A stretch of DNA of 59,110 nucleotides, the filler included, from an uncultured virus (IMG/VR IMGVR_UViG_2061766007_001796) (taxonomy: Duplodnaviria; Heunggongvirae; Uroviricota; Caudoviricetes). It is 6 parts of one record of this genome, joined end to end, with 100 filler letters (N's around TTAATTAATTAA, not from the genome) between each part and the next. Parts side by side here need not be neighbours in the genome. Positions count along the whole stretch, not along the records: positions 32,953 to 38,229 come from IMGVR_UViG_2061766007_001796; positions 38,330 to 59,110 come from IMGVR_UViG_2061766007_001796; 4 more parts are not named here. One strand, given 5' to 3'. The position numbers were made by a program, and so were the translations under genes. How positions within the stretch are numbered: the stretch's first letter is position 1; each line of letters begins with the position of its first letter. Under the pieces are notes generated by a model. The model had not been told where the DNA came from. It did not search any database and saw only the letters and a program-made list of their open reading frames with translations. Shown here in pieces: positions 33,927 through 45,005 of this stretch.

Positions 33927-33948
33927 TGGAGCAAGTGACGGGAATTGA
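33927..33948 (-). other. Candidate attP core: 3' end of a tRNA, probably tRNA-Gly (TCAATTCCCGTCACTTGCTCCA)
   Basis: T-loop half, T-stem, acceptor strand, U discriminator and CCA; intergenic at the strand convergence downstream of the integrase; nearby direct repeat GTTCACTCTTT. Confidence 0.7.
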
Positions 33949-34019
33949 GTATTATCGTTCACTCTTTCACACTAGAGTATCATTGCTTCGCAAATACAAA
34001 CTAATATAGTTCACTCTTT

Positions 34020-34051
34020 ACCAGTCATTACCACTAATTGACTGGTTTTTT
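34020..34051 (+). terminator. Intrinsic terminator between convergent modules (allele copy near 33658-33689)
   Basis: ACCAGTCA...TGACTGGT plus T run. Confidence 0.65.
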
Positions 34052-34052
34052 G

Positions 34053-34238
34053 CTACCCACGACGACCCAAGTTTTCAATTGTCTTTGCTTTTCGGATGGT
34101 TTTATTGCGTGTGTCCACTCTTAAGCGAAACGCTTTGTAGTCTTCACATGTAGCGTGACAGCCTACTTGCCTACGCAAGCACTCTCTGCACGGGCACTTG
34201 TCGGGGTCATAATTAAATGTCCAAGGTATTTCGCTCAT
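34053..34238 (-). CDS. Small Cys-rich hypothetical protein
   Basis: GGAGG RBS; CPCREC.RR.VGCHATCEDY motif. Confidence 0.7.
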   Translation of the reverse strand: MSEIPWTFNYDPDKCPCRECLRRQVGCHATCEDYKAFRLRVDTRNKTIRKAKTIENLGRRG

Positions 34239-34239
34239 A

Positions 34240-34812
34240 TTATACCTCCACATAGCACCAACTTTGAGGCGCATGAGTTAATGGGAGTGCATGTCTGCAT
34301 TTTTCACAATCGTGTGGCACACAGCACCATAATAATTGACATCTTTTAAACTCACTAATTTCTTTCGGCTTATCAAAGATTTCTAGTTTGGTAATGTGAA
34401 TAGCATAACCATAAACTCTGCTAACTTTCTTTTCGTCATATTCTTTGCTTGCTTGTAAGTAGTTGTCTAATTCTTCGGCACTTAAACAAGCATTTTCTAA
34501 AATATAACTTTCAGTCCACTCGCCCATATCGTAGTAGCCAAAGTGATATTTTATTTCTTCCACCTTATCGCACCAGAATCTAGCAATTACTTTGCCATTG
34601 ATATTATGGTTTTTATTTTCAATATCACCATAAACTATTTTATGTTCGTGGTTATAGATACCTGTGATATAAGGTTTTCCTTTTGTCACATAGATATAAA
34701 CCCAACCGACATAATCTTTAGGGAACTTTTTGCGTATCTCAATGGTCTTTTCTCCGTTCAAGATTTTAGCAACCCATTTAGGTTTAATTGAAATTAAAAC
34801 TGCTTTCTTCAT
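34240..34812 (-). CDS. ASCH/PUA-like domain protein, allele 1
   Basis: LISIKPKW...ILNGEKTIEIRK and C-terminal APQSWCYV. Confidence 0.85.
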   Translation of the reverse strand: MKKAVLISIKPKWVAKILNGEKTIEIRKKFPKDYVGWVYIYVTKGKPYITGIYNHEHKIVYGDIENKNHNINGKVIARFWCDKVEEIKYHFGYYDMGEWTESYILENACLSAEELDNYLQASKEYDEKKVSRVYGYAIHITKLEIFDKPKEISEFKRCQLLWCCVPHDCEKCRHALPLTHAPQSWCYVEV

Positions 34813-35258
34813 TTAACCACCGCCTTGTCTAAATCGTAATAAATATCACAATATGTGCTATCCCAAGCGTCGTCTATGTCACTTAAATACATAGGGTGTT
34901 TAGTGTCAATAGGATACCAAGACCTATTCCCACCGCCTTGTCTAGCGTGAACGTATAACACGTTCTTGCCTACATACTCATTCCACATTTCGTATTGCGC
35001 TGTGTATGCCTTGACAATTTTCTTCCACGCAAACTTAATATGCTTTCTTAATTTTCCGTGGACTTTAGAAAAGTCAACGTCAATTACTGTGTCATAGCCA
35101 TTTTTATCTTTGCCATAGATAAAAGACTTATGCCAGTGTTTTTCTCTGCTACTGCTCCAGCACCAGTCACTACGTTGNNNNNNNNNNTGTATTTCGATAT
35201 TGTTATCAGCGAGGATATTTCCTAAATCCTCTATTTTAGCGTAAGCACCTAAATCCAT
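34809..35258 (-). CDS. Hypothetical phage protein (MDLGAY...STYCDIY); allele at 37699-38220
   Basis: GAGG RBS; two alleles; internal gaps. Confidence 0.7.
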   Translation of the reverse strand: MDLGAYAKIEDLGNILADNNIEIXXXXQRSDWCWSSSREKHWHKSFIYGKDKNGYDTVIDVDFSKVHGKLRKHIKFAWKKIVKAYTAQYEMWNEYVGKNVLYVHARQGGGNRSWYPIDTKHPMYLSDIDDAWDSTYCDIYYDLDKAVVK

Positions 35259-35423
35259 TTAATTACCTCCCATACACATAAATAAAATGTGTATTTGCTA
35301 AATCAACAACTGTAATCTTACCATCTTCGCCATACACTACTAGGTTATGCAATGCGACGTCGTAAGATATTTTCTTTGCCTTAATTTTTGCTTTTGGAGC
35401 AAAATCGCTACTTAGATAGACTG

Positions 35424-35699
35424 TCATAACAATTCCAACTCTCCTTTTATCTTTAAGAACTCGTCTATGACTTCTTGTGGGTTTCTAGCGATGGCGATAT
35501 AAACAATTTTGCGAGTTTTACTATCTTCAATGTGATAAACTTGTTCTTGGTCATAATACCAATAAAACCTTCCGTCGATATTATAGTGTGGAAAACCATC
35601 ACCATAGCAGAATTGCCTTTTGACTGTTAAGTTTCTTCCCCAACCGCTTTGAACTACTGTGTTGTTTATTCCATTTGGATAAATGCCAATAGTTTTCAT
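35424..35699 (-). CDS. Hypothetical protein
   Basis: ATGA-coupled to neighbours; GGAG RBS. Confidence 0.6.
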   Translation of the reverse strand: MKTIGIYPNGINNTVVQSGWGRNLTVKRQFCYGDGFPHYNIDGRFYWYYDQEQVYHIEDSKTRKIVYIAIARNPQEVIDEFLKIKGELELL

Positions 35700-36034
35700 A
35701 ATAGTTTTAATTCTCCTTTATCATTCATTTTTGCAACATAGATAAGACCTCTATCAGTCCAAATTGCGCCATAGATTTTTATCCATGCTTTATTAGACAA
35801 AATCTTTTCTTTCAAATCTAACCAGTCGCTAATGTTATAAACAAGTTTAGTTCCATCGTTTCCTAATAGACAAAACTCGTCACACAATTCTTCAATAGTG
35901 TCGGCTGAGGCAACAATGCTTTCTTTATAAATGCACCATCCTAATTTGGTAACATAGGGTTTTCCGTTTAATCTACTATCTTCCCATAATTCTTCGGTAT
36001 CATAAACTTCGTTATCGGTTCTTATGTATCTCAT
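35696..36034 (-). CDS. Hypothetical phage protein (ADTIEELCD...TDRGLIYVAKMN)
   Basis: Coupled to the integrase stop; allele fragment at 38502-38701. Confidence 0.7.
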   Translation of the reverse strand: MRYIRTDNEVYDTEELWEDSRLNGKPYVTKLGWCIYKESIVASADTIEELCDEFCLLGNDGTKLVYNISDWLDLKEKILSNKAWIKIYGAIWTDRGLIYVAKMNDKGELKLL

Positions 36035-36534
36035 AGCAAGTCCTCCAAGTCTTTTTTATCTTTGCTACGTGTGTAGTGGATGTAATACTTCATTGTGGTC
36101 TCAAGCGACGTGTGACCTAGGTGTTCTTGAACCTCTTTGAGGTCATAACCTTTATCAAACATACGTGTCGCAAATGAGTGGCGTAATCCGTGAAGCGTGA
36201 TGTGTTGCAAACCAGCAAGTTCAAGGTGCTTATTCACGATGTCACGTATCTTGTGCCTGCTTACGTGAGCGCTNNNNNNNNNNATGACCTAGGTGCTCTT
36301 GAACCTCTTTGAGGTCGTAACCTTTGTCAAACATGCGTGTCGCAAATGAGTGGCGTAATCCGTGAAGCGTAATATGTTGCAAACCCGCAAGTTCGAGGTG
36401 CTTATTCACGATGTCACGTATCTTGTGCCTGCTTACGTGAGCGCTATTCGCTCCACAGAAGATAAACTCGTCAGCGTCAACCGCTCTTTCCTCAACATAC
36501 TTTTTGAGTTCTTCCATGAACGCCATTGGTAAGT
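36031..36534 (-). CDS. int: Tyrosine integrase, C-terminal catalytic fragments
   Basis: HGLRHSFAT (HxxR), HLGH, TTMKYY. Confidence 0.9.
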
Positions 36535-36566
36535 NNNNNNNNNNGTAATTAAATGTCCAAGGTATT

Positions 36567-36962
36567 TCACTCATATAACCACCTTCTAACGGTAGCAAAC
36601 TCTTCTTCAGTCAACGGCAATTGACCACCAACAATTTTTGAATACTCGTTGTATTCTTCGCAAGTTTCTAAAACATCGAAAGCACCAATGTTCACTTTTT
36701 TGTTTTTAACAATTTCTGAGGCTTCGAGGTCTTTTACCATTTTCATTACTTTGCTTTCGTCAATACCGATAAGCAAATCGATGTTCTTTTCTCTGCCGAT
36801 TTCTCTTAGATTGAATATAATGCTGTCGTCGATGGCTCTTAATCTCATAGTCGCCATATTAGTTACTAATTTACTAACAAAGTCGCCATCCGTAAAATTA
36901 TCATTTTTGGTTATCTTTGGTTCGCATACAATACGATAAATAAACTTGTGTTCGTCGTTCAT
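36567..36962 (-). CDS. Hypothetical protein present in only one variant
   Basis: GGAGG RBS; sits between the ASCH gene and the Cys-rich gene start. Confidence 0.65.
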   Translation of the reverse strand: MNDEHKFIYRIVCEPKITKNDNFTDGDFVSKLVTNMATMRLRAIDDSIIFNLREIGREKNIDLLIGIDESKVMKMVKDLEASEIVKNKKVNIGAFDVLETCEEYNEYSKIVGGQLPLTEEEFATVRRWLYE

Positions 36963-36963
36963 A

Positions 36964-37428
36964 TTACACCTCCACATAGCACCAACTTTGAGGCGCACGA
37001 GTTAATCTACGATTTGTCGGGTAATTGCAATGTGGCTTAAACTCCCCAATCTCTTTTGGCTTATCAAAGATTTCTAACTGGGTAATGTGAATGGCAAAAG
37101 TTTTGTATTTATAATCTCGTGAATAGTCTTGTAGTTCTTCAACTGATAAACAAGCGCTTTTTAAGTAATTACCTATAACAACCAGCGGAACTTTGTTGAT
37201 TTCTTCAACCTTATCGCACCAGAAACGAGCGACTACTTTGCCATTAAGGTCTAATAATCCAGTTTTAGTTTCATTGCTTTTTGCAATATTGGGTTTTCCT
37301 TTAGTGCAATAGATATACACCCAACCGACATAGTCTTTAGGGAACTTTTTGCGTATCTCGATAGTCTTTTCGCCATTTAAGATTTTCGTAACCCATTTAG
37401 GCTTAATGCTCATTAGTATTGCTTTCAT
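36964..37428 (-). CDS. ASCH/PUA-like domain protein, allele 2
   Basis: LMSIKPKW...ILNGEKTIEIRK, APQSWCYV. Confidence 0.85.
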   Translation of the reverse strand: MKAILMSIKPKWVTKILNGEKTIEIRKKFPKDYVGWVYIYCTKGKPNIAKSNETKTGLLDLNGKVVARFWCDKVEEINKVPLVVIGNYLKSACLSVEELQDYSRDYKYKTFAIHITQLEIFDKPKEIGEFKPHCNYPTNRRLTRAPQSWCYVEV

Positions 37429-37702
37429 TTGTAATCCACTCTCCTTTTTCAAAATCACAGCCTATTTCAGCGTTGTCTAATTTGGATAGTAATATGGCAA
37501 TTTTCAACATAGTTTCAGCACCAATACACCAATTACTGTTTTGAGCAAAACACCAATTGCTTGTTTTTTCATTAAAGAATACAGCACCAATATCCCAGCA
37601 CTTTTTCTTGTAAACTCTATCGTTCCTTTTCGTTGTAAAGATAATTATTTGTTTATCTCTAACGACGGCAAGCAAGGTCTTGTATTGTAATACATCGTTC
37701 AT
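37403..37702 (-). CDS. Hypothetical protein present in only one variant
   Basis: ATGA-coupled ORF of 99 aa. Confidence 0.55.
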   Translation of the reverse strand: MNDVLQYKTLLAVVRDKQIIIFTTKRNDRVYKKKCWDIGAVFFNEKTSNWCFAQNSNWCIGAETMLKIAILLSKLDNAEIGCDFEKGEWITNESNTNEH

Positions 37703-39591
37703 TTCAATTCTTCCTTATTGCTCTCTTTAATGACCGCTTTATCAAGGTCATAATAAATGTCACAGTATGTGCTGTCCCACGCGTCGTCAACATCGCTTAA
37801 GTACATAGTGTGTTTAGTGTCAATAGGATACCAAGACCTATTCCCACCGCCTTGTCTAGNNNNNNNNNNNNNNNNNNNNNNNNNNNNNNNNNNNNNNNNN
37901 NNNNNNNNNNNNNNNNNNNNNNNNNNNNNNNNNNNNNNNNNNNNNNNNNNNNNNNNNNNNNNNNNNNNNNNNNNNNNNNNNNNNNNNNNNNNNNNNNNNN
38001 NNNNNNNNNNNNNNNNNNNNNNNNNNNNNNNNNNNNNNNNTTTAATCCAGTTAATAGCGTAGTGTTTTTGTTCGTTAGCAATCATTTCTTTGAGGTCTTC
38101 GTCAGAGACAGGCTCTTCGTCTTTCATTAAGCGGAGACCTCTTAATCTTCGTATTTCGATATTATTATCAGTGAGGATGTTTCCTAAATCCTCTATTTTA
38201 GCGTAAGCACCTAAATCCATTTAATTACCNNNNNNNNNNNNNNNNNNNNNNNNNNNNNNNNNNNNNNNNNNNNTTAATTAATTAANNNNNNNNNNNNNNN
38301 NNNNNNNNNNNNNNNNNNNNNNNNNNNNNTATGGTTCTTTCCTCAACATACTTTTTGAGTTCTTCCATGAACGCCATTGGTAAGTGAACGTATCTATCGT
38401 GACCAGTTTTTGTGTGGTCTTTAAGAACGCCATTATTACCCACTTGCTTACGTATGACTATAAAACCGTGTGTAAAGTCTACGCAGTTTAGNNNNNNNNN
38501 NGTTCATTTTCGCTACATAGATAAGACCTTTGTCAGTTTCAATAGCATATAACCATTCAAAGGCAAGCGAATATTGCCCTAAATCAGCAACTGCATATTC
38601 TTCTCTCGCATACATTTGATATATCTTGCCATCTTTTCTTAACACAAACCAGTCACACAATTCTTCAATAGTGTCGGCTGAGGCAACAATGCTTTCTTTA
38701 TNNNNNNNNNNNNNNNNNNNNNNNNNNNNNNNNNNNNNNNNNNNNNNNNNNNNNNNNNNNNNNNNNNNNNNNNNNNNNNNNNNNNNNNNNNNNNNNNNNN
38801 NNNNNNNNNNNNNNNNNNNNNNNNNNNNNNNNNNNNNNNNNNNNNNNNNNNNNNNNNNNNNNNNNNNNNNNNNNNNNNNNNNNNNNNNNNNNNNNNNNNN
38901 NNNNNNNNNNNNNNNNNNNNNNNNNNNNNNNNNNNNNNNNNNNNNNNNNNNNNNNNNNNNNNNNNNNNNNNNNNNNNNNNNNNNNNNNNNNNNNNNNNNN
39001 NNNNNNNNNNNNNNNNNNNNNNNNNNNNNNNNNNNNNNNNNNNNNNNNNNNNNNNNNNNNNNNNNNNNNNNNNNNNNNNNNNNNNNNNNNNNNNNNNNNN
39101 NNNNNNNNNNNNNNNNNNNNNNNNNNNNNNNNNNNNNNNNNNNNNNNNNNNNNNNNNNNNNNNNNNNNNNNNNNNNNNNNNNNNNNNNNNNNNNNNNNNN
39201 NNNNNNNNNNNNNNNNNNNNNNNNNNNNNNNNNNNNNNNNNNNNNNNNNNNNNNNNNNNNNNNNNNNNNNNNNNNNNNNNNNNNNNNNNNNNNNNNNNNN
39301 NNNNNNNNNNNNNNNNNNNNNNNNNNNNNNNNNNNNNNNNNNNNNNNNNNNNNNNNNNNNNNNNNNNNNNNNNNNNNNNNNNNNNNNNNNNNNNNNNNNN
39401 NNNNNNNNNNNNNNNNNNNNNNNNNNNNNNNNNNNNNNNNNNNNNNNNNNNNNNNNNNNNNNNNNNNNNNNNNNNNNNNNNNNNNNNNNNNNNNNNNNNN
39501 NNNNNNNNNNNNNNNNNNNNNNNNNNNNNNNNNNNNNNNNNNNNNNNNNNNNNNNNNNNNNNNNNNNNNNNNNNNNNNNNNNNNNNNNNNN

Positions 39592-40032
39592 TAACTTGTT
39601 ATTCACGGTCTTCTCTTTAAGTCCTTTAGAAGCCAAATTAGCGCGGAAAGCGTCGACATTAGATATTTCAAACGCTTTATCTACTTTAGTGGTGTCGCCT
39701 AAGACTGGGTAAAGATAGTTTTTGAACGCCAATTTATAATTATAAATTGTGTCGTCGTCTATGCCCTCACTTTTGCAAACACGATAAAATGCCTCGCATA
39801 ATTGCTCAAGTGTAAGTGCGTCTCCCTCGTGCCAACTGATTTTTCTTTTGGTCTTATCTTTTTCTATTTCAGCGTGCTCGATGGATTGCATGTAACGAAT
39901 ACCGACTTTGTTATCACCAGTGATTTTCCAGTCTTTATTCTTTATGTTTATGTTTTGCCATTTGCCGTTTGGCAGTTTGTATTTGTAGTTAATGTAGTAA
40001 ACATTTCTACTGGTATCTTTAACTATTGCCAT
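39592..40032 (-). CDS. int: Tyrosine integrase N-terminus (arm-binding and core-binding region)
   Basis: AGGAGG RBS; continues in allele fragments 41046-41552 and 40856-41035 containing YGALRIGE (catalytic R). Confidence 0.8.
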
Positions 40033-40150
40033 AAAGCCTCCTTTTTTATTGTTTATTGGACGGAGACTTGCTAAAATAACAATAGGTTGTTATTTAAAGT
40101 CTCACGCAACCAGAGAACTCCGTAATGCCTTTGCCGAGGTGGAGTTCTTT

Positions 40151-40666
40151 TTATTTGATGTAATCGTTGATAAACTTGAGAACTTTCTCTAAATCCCTTG
40201 TATCTAGGTGGTTCAGTTCGTTTATCACTTGTTCTCGTACGCTTTCGCTTATGCAAGCAAGTTCCTTTGCTACGTCCACTGAGCGGAACAACGTGTATTT
40301 GGTGTGGACAATCCTTGTTTTCTTATCTTTTGTTATGAATGTCCATGTGTCCAGTGGATGTGATATGAGTGTTTCCTTAATTTCATATTTTTCTTGTATA
40401 CGCTCATACTCACTGGCACTAATCATTACATGGTCGTTGTCGTCTTCTGAACTCTCGAAGTAAATGCCTATACCAGCGTTTGAGTAACCTAGAAGATAAT
40501 CGCTTGTGACGTCGAAGAACGAGGTCAACTTTTCAACGTGTATCTCTCTTAGTGGTTGCTTGCCGTTTTCAATTAGAGAAATCGTCGCACTGGGTATATC
40601 AACATACTTAGCCAAGTCTCTCAGCGTTATGCTAGAGCGAGAACGCAAAGCCTTGAGCCTATTCAT
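40151..40666 (-). CDS. XRE-family HTH repressor
   Basis: NRLKALR...LRDLAKYVDIPSATISLIENG...LTSFFDVTSDYLLG; AAGGAGG RBS; divergent from cro. Confidence 0.9.
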   Translation of the reverse strand: MNRLKALRSRSSITLRDLAKYVDIPSATISLIENGKQPLREIHVEKLTSFFDVTSDYLLGYSNAGIGIYFESSEDDNDHVMISASEYERIQEKYEIKETLISHPLDTWTFITKDKKTRIVHTKYTLFRSVDVAKELACISESVREQVINELNHLDTRDLEKVLKFINDYIK

Positions 40667-40742
40667 GGTGCCTCCTTTCGCCTTTATTATATAACACTTG
40701 ATTGTGAAAACAAAACAATTTTTAGAAAATACAAAATAATGT

Positions 40743-40771
40743 TTGCGTTGTGATTACAACTAGTATAGAAT
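40743..40771 (+). promoter_or_regulatory. Probable lytic promoter TTGCGT-N17-TAGAAT in the genetic switch
   Basis: In the intergenic region between the repressor and the ORF starting at 40802. Confidence 0.5.
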
Positions 40772-40855
40772 GGTGTTGTGATTGGAAAAACCAAACAAAC
40801 TATGGAAAGAAAAATGCTTATCAATCGAAAAGTCGTAAGGTCAAANNNNNNNNNN

Positions 40856-41829
40856 GCGTATAACTATAAAACCATGTGTAAAGTCTACACAATTTAGTGT
40901 AATTGCTTGCCATTCGCCAATACGCAATGCCCCATAGAATAATGTTAGCACAGGGACACGCCATTCACTATCTATTTCTTCAAAAGAAGAAATAAACTTT
41001 CTAACATCTTCTTCTCCGTTGACGAAAAAGTTTTCNNNNNNNNNNGGTAATTGCTTGCCATTCGCCAATACGCAATGCCCCATAGAATAATGTTAGCACA
41101 GGGACACGCCATTCACTATCTATTTCTTCAAATGAAGAAATAAACTTTCTAACATCTTCTTCTCCGTTGACGAAAAAGTTTTCTTTTTCAGTAATACGAG
41201 ACGTTTCTTTTAAAGGTTCGAGTAGGTCAATTGCGTCGTCCGCCATTTCACGTGAGATATACTTCCTCTTTTTAGCGAACTTGAGGAGATTTTTAACCGC
41301 GACTAACTTATTGTTCACGGTCTTTTCTTTAAGCCCTTTAGAAGCCAAATTAGCGCGAAAAGTATCGACGTTAGATATTTCAAACGCTTTATCAACTTTA
41401 GTGGTGTCGCCTAAAACTGGGTAAAGATAGTTTTTGAACGCCAATTTATAGTTATAAATTGTGTCGTCGTCTATGCCCTCGCTTTTGCAAACACGATAAA
41501 AAGCCTCGCATAATTGCTCAAGTGTAAGTGCGTCTCCCTCGTGCCAACTGATNNNNNNNNNNCAACTTATTGTTCACTGTCTTCTCTTTAAGCCCTTTAG
41601 AAGCCAAATTAGCGCGGAAAGCGTCGACATTAGATATTTCAAACGCTTTATCAACTTTAGTGGTGTCGCCTAAAACTGGGTAAAGATAGTTTTTGAATGC
41701 CAATTTATAGTTATAAATTGTGTCGTCGTCTATTCCCTCACTTTTGCAAACACGATAAAACGCCTCGCATAATTGTTCGAGTGTAAGTGCGTCTCCCTCG
41801 TGCCAACTGATTTTTCTTTTGGTCTTATC
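40856..41829 (-). CDS. int: Integrase middle fragments from several alleles
   Basis: Overlapping copies of LAFKNYLYPVLG...TVNNKL...LFYGALRIGEWQAIT. Confidence 0.8.
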
Positions 41830-41954
41830 NNNNNNNNNNCGAAAGTGAAATCTACTCGCTAGTGTCTCTTTTTGGCAACTCTATTTTTTTTGACTATGCG
41901 TGTTTGGGAATACCAAACAAGAAAGGAGGCAAGGAATGACAATTNNNNNNNNNN

Positions 41955-42149
41955 GTCTTGGCAGACATGACTGTCAAGGAACTTTGTAATGTTTTAGACA
42001 TTACTGATGTATCTTTTTACAACAAAATCAATGGTAAGAGGGAGTTTACTGAAAGCGAAATCTACTCGTTAGTGTCTCTTTTTGGCAACTCTATTTTTTT
42101 TGATTATGCGTGTTTGGGAATACCAAACAAGAAAGGAGGCAAGGAATGA
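41955..42149 (+). CDS. Cro-like HTH protein (5' end probably the fragment at 40802)
   Basis: TVKELCNVLDITDVSFYNKINGKREFTESEI. Confidence 0.8.
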   Translation, partial: VLADMTVKELCNVLDITDVSFYNKINGKREFTESEIYSLVSLFGNSIFFDYACLGIPNKKGGKE

Positions 42150-42412
42150 CAATTGAGGAAAAGGAAGTCTATTTGCTTAAGTCACATTACTCGGCAAAGG
42201 ATGTGATGTTTCTCCTAGGGTGCAAAAAAACATGGGCGACCAAAGTTATGAAAGAATGTCGCACTAAATATGGTGGCGCAATAGTGGGAAGACCATTACT
42301 CATTACGGCAAATAGTTTCTGGTTGCGTGAGGGCACAACTCGTGAAGAAGAACTACGTGTCATTGCTTATGCAAAAGGTTATGGAACCGAATTACACAAT
42401 AGAGACGTTTAA
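42146..42412 (+). CDS. Small DNA-binding / excisionase-like protein
   Basis: AGGAGG RBS; YSAKDVMFLLGCKKTWATKVM helix-turn-helix-like. Confidence 0.55.
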   Translation: MTIEEKEVYLLKSHYSAKDVMFLLGCKKTWATKVMKECRTKYGGAIVGRPLLITANSFWLREGTTREEELRVIAYAKGYGTELHNRDV

Positions 42413-42868
42413 AAGCAAAGCGGATTGGCTTAAGAACCGCGGTCTCGGTGGCTCGAGTGCTAGCGCAATCCTAGGTAAGAACCCACACATGAGTGTTCTT
42501 GAATTGTACAAAGCAATAGTTAAACCCCATAAACACCCCATAGAAAAGACAAATGAAAACATGGCTTATGGCGTTAAGTGTGAACCAATAATCAGAAGAT
42601 TATTCGCTATTGACTTTAAAGATAAGTACAAGGTTATCAAACCAAAGAACTATCAGATGTATAGGCGCAAAGACAAGCCTTACATGACCGCAACGCTAGA
42701 TAGTGAACTCGTGGAAAAAAAGACAAACCGCATAGGTATTCACGAGATTAAGACACATGACATCCGTAACCGCAAAGACGAAGAAGAGTGGAAAGACCAC
42801 TTACCCGACAACTATTTCATACAAGTTTTACATTACTTTCTTGTAAGAAACGACGCTGAGTTTGCCGA
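42381..42868 (+). CDS. YqaJ-like (lambda exonuclease family) recombination nuclease; C-terminal pieces at 43219-43534
   Basis: WL..RGLGGS, GKNP, YG...E, ATLD, EIKT, Y.IQV.HY. Confidence 0.9.
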
Positions 42869-42930
42869 NNNNNNNNNNCATCGTTAAAAAAAGTATGCCA
42901 TCGATTAAGTTCAAGTTTTAAGGAGGAAAT

Positions 42931-43722
42931 ATGGAAGAAAAAACTTTTGAACTCGTACCAGTCTTAGACAAGAAAACTGGTCAATATGCTGTCAAGGACT
43001 TTGACAACGTAAAGAAGATTGTCTCTGACTTCATTGGAAGAGAAGTGACACCTATCAAAGAAATAGCGGACGACATTACATTCAAGAGCGTAAAAGAATT
43101 ACGCACTGACATCCGTAAAAAGAAAGACGCTATTACTCAAGCACGCATTCAAATTAACTCACTCTTACTTGGCACATTTAATGGTCAATTAAAAGACATC
43201 GAAGCAATNNNNNNNNNNGGTCACTGCCAAGTTGAACTTTTATGACTTTTTTGACCCCGAGGGCAAAAAACTAAAACGCACCGAAACACGTTACTACCAC
43301 ATTGAGCGTGAAGACGTGCTCGACCAACTTGTGTATCTCGAAAACAAAGAGACCGACTTTTGGGAAAACAANNNNNNNNNNAGTCACTGCCAAGTTGAAC
43401 TTTTATGACTTTTTTGACCCAGAGGGCAAAAAACTAAAGCGCACCGAAACACGTTACTACCACATTGAGCGTGAAGACGTGCTTGACCAACTTGTGTATC
43501 TCGAAAACAAAGAGACCGACTTTTGGGAAAACAANNNNNNNNNNGCTTGATGGTAGTGATAAGTACCTTAAAGAAAAAATTGATACCTATAACGAACTCG
43601 TTAAAGGTAAAGACAACAAACCTAAAGTTATTACTTTAGTAATTAAAGGCTTTGACCCAAAAGCAATCGAAAAGATTAAAGCCTTAGCACTTAAGAGCGG
43701 TTGCACTGCGGAGGTTAAATAA
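42931..43722 (+). CDS. DUF1351-like protein (fragments 42931-43208 and 43545-43722)
   Basis: AGGAGG RBS; helical ELRTDIRKKKDAITQARI; typical position between YqaJ and RecT. Confidence 0.5.
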
Positions 43723-43724
43723 TT

Positions 43725-43994
43725 ATGGCAGAAAACAAATACCCAACAAATTGTTGCGAATGTGACAAACCCGAAACAATGGACGATATGCTAAATGAAA
43801 TTATTGCTTTATCGTTAGAAAACAAATCACTTATCAATGGAATTGATAATTCTCTTAGAAGTAGACCAGACGATAACGAACCTAAAGACGGCAAAGTGCC
43901 AGAACTAAGCAAGTTCGAAAAGTTAGAAGTTATTAGAAGATTGTTACGCAGTAACAATGATGTTGCTGATAGCATTAGGAGGGCACTCGACTAA
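43725..43994 (+). CDS. Hypothetical protein
   Basis: GGAGG RBS; coupled to the RecT start at 43994. Confidence 0.65.
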   Translation: MAENKYPTNCCECDKPETMDDMLNEIIALSLENKSLINGIDNSLRSRPDDNEPKDGKVPELSKFEKLEVIRRLLRSNNDVADSIRRALD

Positions 43995-44294
43995 TGGCTG
44001 AAAATAAAAACAACGACGAAAAGAGATTTTATATCACAACCCGTACTGGCGAAAGTTTAAANNNNNNNNNNGCAAACCATGCTTCATGATATGCAAGGTC
44101 GCTAAAGCACAAGCGTTACGTGAGGCGTTCCCAAATCTTGTTGGCAGTAACGTATATATCTCTGAAGAGATGGACAGTGTGGAAAAACCAAAGGCAAAAC
44201 CAGCGGGCAAAACAACTGTCACGAATGACATCATTGATGTCGACGAAGACGGAGTGGTCACCGAAGAACCACCAGTNNNNNNNNNNAAAGTAAC

Positions 44295-44996
44295 ATGCCT
44301 ACACCAAATAATAACGACGAAAAGAGATTTTATATCACAACCCGTACTGGCGAAAGTTTAAAACTTGATAAACCTACGGTCATGAAATATCTCACTGATA
44401 ACAAAGAAATCTCCGATAGCGAGTTTAACATGTTCTTTCAACTCTGCAAAGTTAACAAAGTTAATCCGTTCTTAAAGGAAGCCTACATTATCAAATATGG
44501 CAACTCTCCAGCAACTATTGTTCTTGACTATAAAGTTTTACAGCAAATTGCCGAAGACAACAAAGCATATAGAGGCATGCGTCATGGCGTAATCGTGGAA
44601 AACGATAAGGGCGAAGTGATTGAGCGCTTAGGCGAATACAAACTCACTGGCGAAAAACTTATTGCGGGTTGGTGCGAAGTATATCGTAGTGACCGCGAAC
44701 ATCCAACCAAAGTGACCGCTATGTTTGAAGAGTTTAAAGCAACTAAGTCTAATGGCGAGGTCAATTCAAACTGGGCGACCAAACCATGCTTCATGATATG
44801 CAAGGTTGCTAAAGCACAAGCGTTACGCGAAGCGTTCCCTAACCTTGTAGGTAGTAACGTATACATTTCTGAAGAAATGGACAGCGTTGAAAAACCAAAG
44901 GCGAAACCAGCGGGTAAAACAACTGTCACAAACGACATCATTGATGTCGACGAAGACGGAGTGGTCACTGAAGAACCACCAGTCGAAGAAAACTAG
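44295..44996 (+). CDS. recT: RecT/Bet single-strand annealing protein (allele fragments at 43994-44276)
   Basis: F..LCK...NPFLKEAYIIKY, GWCEVYR, W...P..MI.KVA.AQALREAFP. Confidence 0.9.
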   Translation: MPTPNNNDEKRFYITTRTGESLKLDKPTVMKYLTDNKEISDSEFNMFFQLCKVNKVNPFLKEAYIIKYGNSPATIVLDYKVLQQIAEDNKAYRGMRHGVIVENDKGEVIERLGEYKLTGEKLIAGWCEVYRSDREHPTKVTAMFEEFKATKSNGEVNSNWATKPCFMICKVAKAQALREAFPNLVGSNVYISEEMDSVEKPKAKPAGKTTVTNDIIDVDEDGVVTEEPPVEEN

Positions 44997-45005
44997 GAGG
45001 TAATT

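Noticed and set aside
33927..33948. Complete tRNA gene
   Set aside because: Only the 3' 22 nt are present; no D or anticodon arm
2582..38285. Recurrent TTAATTAATTAA motif as a biological repeat
   Set aside because: Always embedded in N runs; it is a synthetic contig linker
38626..39594. Long ORFs spanning N runs (also 45334-46072, 57720-58523)
   Set aside because: Artefacts of translating through gaps
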